Virus record (IMG/VR): IMGVR_UViG_3300031857_000005
Location: 240,366-304,365 of that record
Reading direction: 5' to 3' (one strand)
DNA: 64,000 nucleotides
Made by a program: the position numbers and the translations under genes. Of the stretch, positions 49,297 to 57,433 are shown piece after piece. How positions within the stretch are numbered: position 1 is the stretch's first letter; every line of letters starts with the position of its first letter. Below the pieces are notes generated by a model, which worked only from the letters and a program-made list of their open reading frames with translations, had not been told where the DNA came from and ran no database searches.

Positions 49297-49899
49297 AACC
49301 GATTTAGGAATACCATTACTGGATAATAAATCATAAAGGTATTTCTTTTGTTGTGGTGATGAATCTTTAACAATAATAGTATCAATTCTACCTTTATTAA
49401 TCATATAATTAGACACACCATCAACAAATCTATCACAATCATCTTCACTCTTTAATGAAAATAGATTTATATCACTGTCATGTTGGATAACAATTTTGTT
49501 ATTAATTTTCGATAAAAGTTTAACCCCAATTTTAGGTAGATGTTTCCTCATAAACTTATCAACACCTATCTTAGTTTTATTTTTAATATCGTATAGTTGT
49601 TCCTCTTTTCTATATGGAGTAATTTCAACTATAGTATAGTTTGGATCTTCAAGTTCAATTTTTATTGTTCTACCAAAATCATCTCTAACAAAATATGGTG
49701 ATGACTCATCCATCTTTGAAACTAATGCAAGTTCGTAGACGCATTTTTTACCATTCTCAGTCTCAACACCAAAAAATACATTTTTATTTTCTTCTATTAA
49801 GTTTTTATAATATTTTGTAGCATTAACTTTAGTTTTAAACTTCTTTATAATTTTCTTTTTTACCTTATTTTTGAATAATACAATTGTGAAATTGTCCAT
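49261..49899 (-). CDS. Hypothetical basic protein
   Basis: 212-aa ORF divergent from dnaJ. Confidence 0.65.
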   Translation of the reverse strand: MDNFTIVLFKNKVKKKIIKKFKTKVNATKYYKNLIEENKNVFFGVETENGKKCVYELALVSKMDESSPYFVRDDFGRTIKIELEDPNYTIVEITPYRKEEQLYDIKNKTKIGVDKFMRKHLPKIGVKLLSKINNKIVIQHDSDINLFSLKSEDDCDRFVDGVSNYMINKGRIDTIIVKDSSPQQKKYLYDLLSSNGIPKSVLYRRFTTYKRE

Positions 49900-49943
49900 T
49901 TTTTCATATCTTTGTAATTAAATATAATTAAAATACTATATAA

Positions 49944-50873
49944 ATGAATATTCCGAATTATTACGACATATTAGGTGTTCCTGAAACTGCAACCCAAGAT
50001 GAGATAAAAAAAGTATATCGTAAACTGGCAAAAGAAAATCACCCTGATGCTGGTGGTGATGAGGAAAAGTTTAAGCAAATTGCTGAAGCATATGATACTA
50101 TTGGTGACGATAACAAACGACAAGAGTATGATATGAGAAGAAAGAACCCATTTGCAGGAATGGGAGGAGGTGACGATATATTCCAACAGATGTTTAATCA
50201 GGCATTTGGTAATCGTAGACAAAAAAATGTGGTACATGATTTAGTTATTGATACTGAATTAAAAGTTACTGAATCATATTTGGGTGCGAATAAAGAAATC
50301 ACATATCGTAGGAAATTAAAATGTGATCCATGTAATGGTAGTGGGGGTGAGAAGAAAATTTGTCCCGAATGTAATGGACAAGGTTCTGTAGTGAGACAGA
50401 TGGGGTCTGGTATGTTTATACAAATGGTACAAGTTGCTTGTAACACTTGTTCAGGACATGGACGAGTTATTACAAATCCTTGTCATATTTGTAATGGTAG
50501 TGGGACTAAAGATGAGATGAAAACTGTTGAAGTTAAATTACCTAATGGTATTGATGATGGACAATTCATCCGATTACAAGGTGTTGGGGATTTTAGAAAC
50601 GGTGTTTATGGTAACTTAGTTGTTAGAGTTAAATTGGTTTCTGATAATAATTTTGAAAAGTACGGACCTCACTTAATTTATAATGCTTATTTCACATTGG
50701 ATGATTTGAAGAAGAGTGATTTTGAAATACCTCATCCTGACGGTACGGTAAGGTTAAGATTCCCAAAGACATTTGATACAACAAAACCCTTAAGAGTTAA
50801 ATCAAAAGGGTTTAAAGGTGAAGTGATAGGTGACTTGTTGGTTAACCAGCATGTCCGATTTGAAAGGGATTAA
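49944..50873 (+). CDS. dnaJ: DnaJ chaperone (J domain, zinc finger, C-terminal domain)
   Basis: YYDILGV...HPD; four CxxCxGxG repeats; TATCTTTG element at 49907-49914 upstream. Confidence 0.93.
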   Translation: MNIPNYYDILGVPETATQDEIKKVYRKLAKENHPDAGGDEEKFKQIAEAYDTIGDDNKRQEYDMRRKNPFAGMGGGDDIFQQMFNQAFGNRRQKNVVHDLVIDTELKVTESYLGANKEITYRRKLKCDPCNGSGGEKKICPECNGQGSVVRQMGSGMFIQMVQVACNTCSGHGRVITNPCHICNGSGTKDEMKTVEVKLPNGIDDGQFIRLQGVGDFRNGVYGNLVVRVKLVSDNNFEKYGPHLIYNAYFTLDDLKKSDFEIPHPDGTVRLRFPKTFDTTKPLRVKSKGFKGEVIGDLLVNQHVRFERD

Positions 50874-51046
50874 AATAAAGAAATTACATCTTTAATTATT
50901 TGGATGGTACCGTAAATTCCGGCACCAAACATATATAATGAGAATATTAATAATCCCCATTGTGTTTTACTCATACCTTTTTTACATTGACTACATCCTG
51001 TAACTTGTGTTGCTTCTTTTTTTGATTGTTCTACTTCTTGTTTCAT
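50870..51046 (-). CDS. Small CxxC + TM protein, 58 aa (not in ORF track)
   Basis: MKQEVEQSKKEATQVTGCSQCKKGMSKTQWGLLIFSLYMFGAGIYGTIQIIKDVISLF; starts 4 nt after the upstream gene's stop. Confidence 0.65.
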   Translation of the reverse strand: MKQEVEQSKKEATQVTGCSQCKKGMSKTQWGLLIFSLYMFGAGIYGTIQIIKDVISLF

Positions 51047-51050
51047 AATG

Positions 51051-51536
51051 TTATTTTTGATAATAAATAATTATATCACCAATTATTTTATAAGTGAATG
51101 ATTGGTTAATAATTGATTCTCTTATCACAATATCATCATTTCTTGTTATTATAATCTCTCTAGTGTTAACATTATTGAATAATTTTTTTGGGTGACGGAT
51201 TGAGGTATTTATTGTTATTTTAAGATTATTATTTTTTATGTTGTAATGAGTAAATAATTGATAATCAAAACCTAAACGGTAATCACGAATCAATAATGCA
51301 CATTTATGTTTACAGGTATTAAATAAAATAAATGATTGATTAATTAAAACATCGTATATGTCCGACATTGAGTCCATGATTTCATCCGTTGGGACTCTAA
51401 TAAATTCACCACTACCGGTAATAGCTCGGAAAGATTCATAAGTTTGAACGATACTCAATGGTTGACCATTAATGGTAACATTTTTAATAGGAACACTCTC
51501 AACAATTATACTCTTAAGTAATGGTAATAAATTCAT
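51051..51536 (-). CDS. Hypothetical late protein with an LLKSIIVE leader
   Basis: ATG 51536 lies 6 nt after TATTTATA (minus strand, 51543-51550). Confidence 0.65.
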   Translation of the reverse strand: MNLLPLLKSIIVESVPIKNVTINGQPLSIVQTYESFRAITGSGEFIRVPTDEIMDSMSDIYDVLINQSFILFNTCKHKCALLIRDYRLGFDYQLFTHYNIKNNNLKITINTSIRHPKKLFNNVNTREIIITRNDDIVIRESIINQSFTYKIIGDIIIYYQK

Positions 51537-51551
51537 ATATAATATAAATAC

Positions 51552-51581
51552 AAGAAACCCCACCTTTTTAGAGATGGGGTT
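51552..51581 (-). terminator. Intrinsic terminator closing the small transcript
   Basis: AACCCCATCT...AGGTGGGGTT followed by TCTT on the minus strand. Confidence 0.75.
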
Positions 51582-51707
51582 ACAATTATTTCATTCCTAA
51601 AATTGAGGTAATCAACCCAGACCGATTCACCCAGTCATTAGCGGTCAGTTTGTTTAATAGGATTCTGACAACCTGTTGATAATATTGATTACTCAACCAC
51701 ATCAACA
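51552..51707 (-). ncRNA. Candidate structured small RNA (about 150 nt); alternatively a near-leaderless 38-aa ORF at 51586-51702
   Basis: Has its own host-type promoter and terminator; GNRA-capped 5' hairpin; long-range helix enclosing two stems. Confidence 0.5.
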
Positions 51708-51710
51708 ATA

Positions 51711-51741
51711 CAAAGATAGTGAAGTTTTTGGTTCTGCCAAA
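51711..51741 (-). promoter_or_regulatory. Bacteroidota-type (early) promoter with an overlapping inverted repeat
   Basis: TTTG-N19-TATCTTTG on the minus strand; AAGTTTTTGG-ttctg-CCAAAACTT at 51722-51745. Confidence 0.75.
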
Positions 51742-51773
51742 ACTTTTGTAATCTTTTTTAAAAAAAATATTCA

Positions 51774-51802
51774 TTGACTGATTATCATAAATATCTTATA
51801 CT
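51774..51802 (+). promoter_or_regulatory. Sigma70-consensus promoter for the Dam-like MTase
   Basis: TTGACT-N17-TATACT, 6 nt before the ATG. Confidence 0.65.
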
Positions 51803-51808
51803 TTACCT

Positions 51809-52648
51809 ATGTTAAGTTATATCGGAGGTAAGAGTAAAATTGGAAAGTGGATAGTCCCTTTCTATGATAATAATATGGAAACATATGTTGAAACATTCGG
51901 AGGGATGTTTTGGTGTTTCTTCAACATGGACTTAAAACAGTTCCCAAACCTAAAGAAAGTTGTTTATAACGACTTTAATCCACTTAATTACAATCTGTTT
52001 AAATGTATTCAGAACCCAACTGAATTATTGAATGCAATTAACGCAATTGATTGTCAGAAATTTGGTGTAGAAGTAACTCCACCAATTTATAAAGAACAGT
52101 TTATCAGGTTTCAGGCTGAAATTTTTAGTGAAGGTTTCAGTGTAGAACCTGGTAATTATGAAGTTGCTGCTAAATACGCTTATGTCCTTACACAGGTTTT
52201 TAGTGGTTCTAAACCTGAGACAAGTTCATTCATTGACTTGAAAGGTAAATACAAATCAAAGTATCTTACATTTAGAGATAAATTATCTAAACCTGATTGG
52301 GTAGAACATTTCTTGAAAATTACGGATGTTGAAAATATGGATTTTGAGGATGTCATTAAAAAGTATGATTCACCAACAACATATTTTTATGTTGATCCAC
52401 CATATTGGAAAACTGAAAATTACTATTCAAATCACGATTTTGACAGAGAAGATCATGAAAGACTTGCAAATATATTAAAAGGAATGGAAGGTAAATTTAG
52501 TTTGTCGTATTATGACTTCCCGTTGTTATCGGAATGGTTCCCTAAAGAACAATATAGTTGGGAGAAAAAAGAATTCGCTAAGGCGGCGGCAGCCAAAAAA
52601 GGTACCAAACAAAATATGGGTGAAGAATTACTTATACTGAATTATTAA
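51809..52648 (+). CDS. DNA adenine methyltransferase, D12/Dam family
   Basis: YIGGKS, YVETFGG, YNDFN, YVDPPY, LSYYD, EELLILNY. Confidence 0.92.
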   Translation: MLSYIGGKSKIGKWIVPFYDNNMETYVETFGGMFWCFFNMDLKQFPNLKKVVYNDFNPLNYNLFKCIQNPTELLNAINAIDCQKFGVEVTPPIYKEQFIRFQAEIFSEGFSVEPGNYEVAAKYAYVLTQVFSGSKPETSSFIDLKGKYKSKYLTFRDKLSKPDWVEHFLKITDVENMDFEDVIKKYDSPTTYFYVDPPYWKTENYYSNHDFDREDHERLANILKGMEGKFSLSYYDFPLLSEWFPKEQYSWEKKEFAKAAAAKKGTKQNMGEELLILNY

Positions 52649-52697
52649 TTAATTTATTCATTTTTATTTATCGTAATATTTATAGTAAAAACATCAA

Positions 52698-54542
52698 ATG
52701 AAATTAGTAAAAATTTTATCATCGGTAATCGTAGAAAATGTTGATCCTAAATTTAGATTAACAGAAATATCAAATAAATTAATGAATCAACTTGTCCTTA
52801 AATTTAGTAACGAAACTAAAGATTCTGAGGATGATATTAAAAGTTATATTGGTGATTTTGATAAATATAAAAACGGATTACCTGCCGACAAACGAGACAT
52901 TACAAAATATACATATGATCAACTTAAGTCTGTGATTTTATCAAAAAGAGTTAAGAAGGAAGAAGGTGATATATTTAAAACCTATATGAAGGGTCCTGGT
53001 AAAGGTTCTGATCAAAGACAAGTTAAGTCTATGATTAAGAAATTCTTAGAGATAAGAAATTATCTACCTGAACCTAATAGGGATATTATGAGATACCCTT
53101 ATTTGAAGTTGGTTGAATTGATACAAAATAAATTTGGTGGAATTATTACCAAGGCGGCATTTGAAAAATATAAGAAAGAAAGAAACGATTTAACAAACGA
53201 GCAAATACTTTCTTACATTGAAAGATATGTTGATTTGTATGATAGATTGGAAGCAAATACGCCACCGATTATGTTAATGTCATTTGATGAGTTGGAGGCG
53301 GCATTGGATCATTTACCTGACGGAGATGATACACCAAAGAAAAAAGGTGACGACTTTAAAGATATTGAAACAATCTACGATAAAGATAATTTGTATATCT
53401 TCAAACCAAACGGTAAAGAACAATGTATTAGATTAGCACATGGAAGACCTTGGTGTACATCAAGAATTGGTGGTGGTAACTTATATTACAACTATCGTTT
53501 GGAAAATAACTTAACACTTTACTATGTTATTGACAGAGATACCCCATTTGATGATTTGAACTTCGCGGTTGTTATCTTGGTTGATGAGTATGGAAGAAAA
53601 AGAATTGCCGATGGTAAAAACATGGCTGGTGGATATTCAGGACACAGAACAGAGACTTGGGATACAATCTCATCTAAAGTTCCGAAGTTAAAAGACAAAG
53701 AATACTTATTTACTCCAGATCCACTTACTGATAGAGAAAAAGGATTATTAAGAAAATACAAACATATTAATGTTCAAGACGATGCAGTTAAAGAACTTGG
53801 TTCGGTTGAAGATGCTGAGTTTTGGTTAGAAATTGCAAGTCCAAACCTAACAAACAAACCAAGAGTTTATATTAATTTACCTTCAGAACTTAAAAAGAAA
53901 TATATTTCTTTGGGTATGGATTTAACAGGTGATATGATTACAAGTTCAGAACCTGATGTTGTTAAATATTATTTGGCAAGAAAGATTGATTCGTTGAGAA
54001 CCAAAACTTTAAATAATCTTACCACCGCGGATATTGCTTTGATTAATATGCCGGGAATGAAAAATCTTAAGGAAGAACTTAAGGTTAAATATGCCGGACA
54101 GTTGGCAACAGAAGGTGACAACATTGTTAAGATTACATACCCGAATGATGCGTCATCAAAATATATTGCATTGTTTGGTTTTGATGAATTATTTGAAAAT
54201 TTACCTGAAAGTATTACATATTTAACAATATCAAATAAATCAAACGATTCTCTTGATTTGGATATACCGGCAAGCATTGGTAAGTTTACAAATATAATAG
54301 CATTGGTACTTGAGAATTGTGTAAAATCACTACCTGAAGAATTAGGAAGAATGGAAGGATTAACATTCCTAACATTACAGAATAATAAAAATCTTCAAAG
54401 TCTACCTGAGTCTTTAGCGGATTTAGAGTATTTGGATCTTATTGCGTTATCGGGATCAAATCCAAGTGTTGTAATACCTGAAAGATTAAAGAATATGATG
54501 GTTGAAGAAGGTGATGGTTTTTACTATATTTCAAGAGACTAA
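52698..54542 (+). CDS. Late protein with a PcfJ-like (WC) domain and C-terminal leucine-rich repeats
   Basis: Late motif at 52677; ILSSVIVE leader; GRPWCTS...LYYVID; IPASIGKFTNI, LPEELGRMEGL and LPESLADLEYL LRRs. Confidence 0.7.
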   Translation: MKLVKILSSVIVENVDPKFRLTEISNKLMNQLVLKFSNETKDSEDDIKSYIGDFDKYKNGLPADKRDITKYTYDQLKSVILSKRVKKEEGDIFKTYMKGPGKGSDQRQVKSMIKKFLEIRNYLPEPNRDIMRYPYLKLVELIQNKFGGIITKAAFEKYKKERNDLTNEQILSYIERYVDLYDRLEANTPPIMLMSFDELEAALDHLPDGDDTPKKKGDDFKDIETIYDKDNLYIFKPNGKEQCIRLAHGRPWCTSRIGGGNLYYNYRLENNLTLYYVIDRDTPFDDLNFAVVILVDEYGRKRIADGKNMAGGYSGHRTETWDTISSKVPKLKDKEYLFTPDPLTDREKGLLRKYKHINVQDDAVKELGSVEDAEFWLEIASPNLTNKPRVYINLPSELKKKYISLGMDLTGDMITSSEPDVVKYYLARKIDSLRTKTLNNLTTADIALINMPGMKNLKEELKVKYAGQLATEGDNIVKITYPNDASSKYIALFGFDELFENLPESITYLTISNKSNDSLDLDIPASIGKFTNIIALVLENCVKSLPEELGRMEGLTFLTLQNNKNLQSLPESLADLEYLDLIALSGSNPSVVIPERLKNMMVEEGDGFYYISRD

Positions 54543-54557
54543 TTTAAATCCGAATAT

Positions 54558-54854
54558 ATGAGTAATGTTGATATTGAAATTTATGTATCACAATTAATTA
54601 ATTTCTTTGAGAGTAATCCAAACGATTTAATTGAATTGATAGGTAATCTTCAGAAAGAAGAGTTCTATCATAAATTGAGAGAGAAGTGTGAAGAGAACTA
54701 TAAGAAAGGTGAAGATATTGTTTTGACAAAAAATCAAATTATTGATATTGTGGTGGAACTTAAAATACCTGAACTATCGGATAAATTAAATCCTAAACAA
54801 GTTGTGGAAGGGTTTATCCAAAAAACAAAGTTTGGGGATATTATTTTAAATTAA
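54558..54854 (+). CDS. Hypothetical protein
   Basis: 98-aa ORF. Confidence 0.65.
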   Translation: MSNVDIEIYVSQLINFFESNPNDLIELIGNLQKEEFYHKLREKCEENYKKGEDIVLTKNQIIDIVVELKIPELSDKLNPKQVVEGFIQKTKFGDIILN

Positions 54855-54866
54855 TTTCATTTCGTA

Positions 54867-54897
54867 TTTGGCAATTACAAATTAATTACTATCTTTG
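54867..54897 (+). promoter_or_regulatory. Bacteroidota-type (early) promoter
   Basis: TTTG-N19-TATCTTTG. Confidence 0.75.
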
Positions 54898-54921
54898 TGA
54901 TGTAATTAAAACCAAAACATT

Positions 54922-55677
54922 ATGATTTATACACCAGAACTTATCAAATCCGTAGCCCCTTCAGTATTCGCAACATCAGCATCAAGCAAGTTGTCTGACA
55001 AGTATGTCTTTGTACCAACCGATCAAGTCATTGAATTTTTCGATCGTGAAGGTTGGGAAATTTCAGATGTTAAACAAACAGGTAAAGGAATTCACGCAAC
55101 CCATCAAATTAGATTCCGTAATGGAGAACTTCCTTCAGTTGGAGACACATTGGTTGAAGCAATTGTTCGTAACTCACACAATGGTATGTCAACATTCTCA
55201 GTCAGTGCTGGACTTCACCGATTGGTATGTTCTAACGGACTTACAGTACCTACATCAGTTGCCGACAAATTTAATGTTAGACACAGTGGGTTTGAACTTG
55301 ACGATGTGAAACGATTGATGGACGGTTTTGCAAAGAAACTACCAACAATCCAAGGATCTGTTGGACGAATGATGGAACGAGAACTTACCATTGACGAACA
55401 AATTCAATATGTTCAGAAAGCGTCAAAAATCCGATGGGCTGAAGGATCAATCCCAACTGACAACCAACTTGTTGACATCCTTACACCAAATCGTGTGGAA
55501 GATAGTAATAACGACTTGTGGACAACCTTCAATGTAGTACAAGAGAAGTTTGTACGAGGAGGGTTTGACTACCGAACTAAAACAGGACGAAAGTCAAAAC
55601 TACGAGATCTTAAAAGTATCTTGGCGGTAAACAACATCAACACAAAACTTTGGGAACTTGCCGAAGAAATGATTTAA
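54922..55677 (+). CDS. DUF932/DUF945-family protein
   Basis: APSVFA, SDKYVFVPT, NSHNG, RLVCSNGL, DLWTTFNVVQE, NTKLWELA. Confidence 0.85.
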   Translation: MIYTPELIKSVAPSVFATSASSKLSDKYVFVPTDQVIEFFDREGWEISDVKQTGKGIHATHQIRFRNGELPSVGDTLVEAIVRNSHNGMSTFSVSAGLHRLVCSNGLTVPTSVADKFNVRHSGFELDDVKRLMDGFAKKLPTIQGSVGRMMERELTIDEQIQYVQKASKIRWAEGSIPTDNQLVDILTPNRVEDSNNDLWTTFNVVQEKFVRGGFDYRTKTGRKSKLRDLKSILAVNNINTKLWELAEEMI

Positions 55678-55684
55678 AAACAAC

Positions 55685-55707
55685 GGAGGGTTAATCACCC
55701 TCCTTTT
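55685..55707 (+). terminator. Intrinsic terminator
   Basis: GGAGGGT-taatc-ACCCTCC followed by TTTT. Confidence 0.8.
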
Positions 55708-55712
55708 CTATT

Positions 55713-56054
55713 ATGGAGAATAGTGAAATAAAATATTTTAAAAAGATTGATGACTTTATTACTTCTTTATTGGAGAAAACGAATAAAGTGTACAGTGTTA
55801 TTGAGTGTATGGATTATATTCCGATTACACCTGAACTTTTATTAACTAAACGATTTACAATTGAGTATCTTGATAGTAAATCTTATGGAGGTTCTTTAAT
55901 CCATACTGAAGGTATTTTTAGAAATAATGCTGGTATCTATTTGTATTTATCTAAAATGGAGGTTGAGACTACTTATAAAATAAAAGTAATATACGACATA
56001 TCACAACTTGATGAAGTTGTGTTATTCATAAAAAATTTAACAAGATTAAAATAA
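55713..56054 (+). CDS. Hypothetical protein
   Basis: 113-aa ORF. Confidence 0.6.
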   Translation: MENSEIKYFKKIDDFITSLLEKTNKVYSVIECMDYIPITPELLLTKRFTIEYLDSKSYGGSLIHTEGIFRNNAGIYLYLSKMEVETTYKIKVIYDISQLDEVVLFIKNLTRLK

Positions 56055-56055
56055 A

Positions 56056-56370
56056 ATGGAAATTACAGGAAATCAATTACAAGAAAAAATAAATAATGGT
56101 GAGAAAGTAATCGTTGAATTATGGGCAACTTGGTGTGGACCCTGCAAAATGATGAAACCAATTTTTGAAAGAGTTGCAACTGAAAATACTACTAATGTAC
56201 AGATGTATACGATGGATGTTGATCAAAACAGAGAAGTTGCAATGGCATTAGGGGTTAGGAGCGTACCGACAATTAAAGTATTTAATGGTGGGAATGTAAC
56301 TAACACAAGAGTTGGGGTTCTCCAAGAAAATGAAATAAAAGGTTTAGTTCAAGAATTAATCAATGGATAA
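56056..56370 (+). CDS. trxA: Thioredoxin
   Basis: WATWCGPCK; VRSVPT. Confidence 0.93.
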   Translation: MEITGNQLQEKINNGEKVIVELWATWCGPCKMMKPIFERVATENTTNVQMYTMDVDQNREVAMALGVRSVPTIKVFNGGNVTNTRVGVLQENEIKGLVQELING

Positions 56371-56647
56371 GGTAGTAGTATTATTCACAATGGAAGGATG
56401 TCCTTTTTGTGTTGAGATGAAAGATATGTTAGTTAAAGAAGGGATTGATTTTGTTGATCGCGACATTGACGAATATGAAGAGGAATATAATATGTTTGTT
56501 GAGATAACAGAGAATGAATTTGTTCCGGCATTTATGTTAATTGAAAATCCTGAGACAGAACCGATTAGTCAATTATTTGCACCTGATAGAGATTATCAAG
56601 ATTTAGAAGACGGTGTCAAGATAATTAGAGAATGGATTGAGAAATAA
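56363..56647 (+). CDS. Glutaredoxin/NrdH-like redoxin
   Basis: GCPFC; FVPAF. Confidence 0.8.
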   Translation: MDKVVVLFTMEGCPFCVEMKDMLVKEGIDFVDRDIDEYEEEYNMFVEITENEFVPAFMLIENPETEPISQLFAPDRDYQDLEDGVKIIREWIEK

Positions 56648-56652
56648 AAAAT

Positions 56653-56681
56653 AAACCCCACCTTTTAGGATGGGGTTTTTT
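56653..56681. terminator. Bidirectional terminator between convergent genes
   Basis: AAACCCCA...TGGGGTTT with flanking A and T runs. Confidence 0.8.
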
Positions 56682-56682
56682 G

Positions 56683-57381
56683 TTAGAATAGAATTATATG
56701 TTCTAATAAATCTTGTTTAAGGTACGGTTTTTCACCATCAGGATTCAGGACATCATCAATTAAATTATAATCCGACAAACGCTCTCTAAATGAGTCCATA
56801 TTAAAATCAAATACATCAAGAATAAGTGACTTAATTGATTTCTTGTCAATTTTTGAGTCGGATATAATTTTAATTTTTAAATCTTCATTATTATCTTCCT
56901 CAGTGGTGAAATAAAATGATACTTCATTGACACCTAATAAATTAAACATATGGTTCATTATGTAATGTGAGTAATATGTGTTTAACCTTCCACAATCTAA
57001 ACTATAACCATATGGGAATTCTGATGAAATTGATATTTCTGAAATATCAGGTTCAGGTTCCTCAACAAAAATATCTTTCTTTACCATAACCCAACCCTTA
57101 TGAATTGTGTTTATATCCTGATTATATCTAACAACATCAATGGTATTAATATCTGACATTTCCAGCTCCTTCAGGGTATCACCAAAAGATTCCTTGAACT
57201 CATTTTTAATTTCGTTTATGTCTAAATACTCATTTGATGTTGTTAAACCATTAACAACCATAAATGCACCACAATCTGTGACTTGGATAATTGATTTTTC
57301 TGTTTTGTTGATTTTTGAGAGAATAAAGTCGGCAAATAAATTTACGATTCCTCTTTTTGAATTTTTGTTAATTAATCTCAT
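56683..57381 (-). CDS. Degenerate S-adenosylmethionine synthetase (MetK)-like protein: N- and C-domains only, catalytic motifs lost
   Basis: By-eye alignment to the MetK N-domain, the DRSAAY helix and the C-terminal FD..PW.K.D motif (see findings). Confidence 0.6.
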   Translation of the reverse strand: MRLINKNSKRGIVNLFADFILSKINKTEKSIIQVTDCGAFMVVNGLTTSNEYLDINEIKNEFKESFGDTLKELEMSDINTIDVVRYNQDINTIHKGWVMVKKDIFVEEPEPDISEISISSEFPYGYSLDCGRLNTYYSHYIMNHMFNLLGVNEVSFYFTTEEDNNEDLKIKIISDSKIDKKSIKSLILDVFDFNMDSFRERLSDYNLIDDVLNPDGEKPYLKQDLLEHIILF

Positions 57382-57433
57382 AACTATTAAATTTTTATAA
57401 TGTGTATGAAATTAAAACAACATTATAAATAGT

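Noticed and set aside
51603-51696. Retron msr-msd interpretation of the inverted repeats
   Set aside because: No adjacent reverse transcriptase; kept only as a generic sRNA candidate.
51586-51774. 62-aa ORF starting at 51774
   Set aside because: Its 5' half overlaps the promoter itself; only the 38-aa version from ATG 51702 could be in the transcript.
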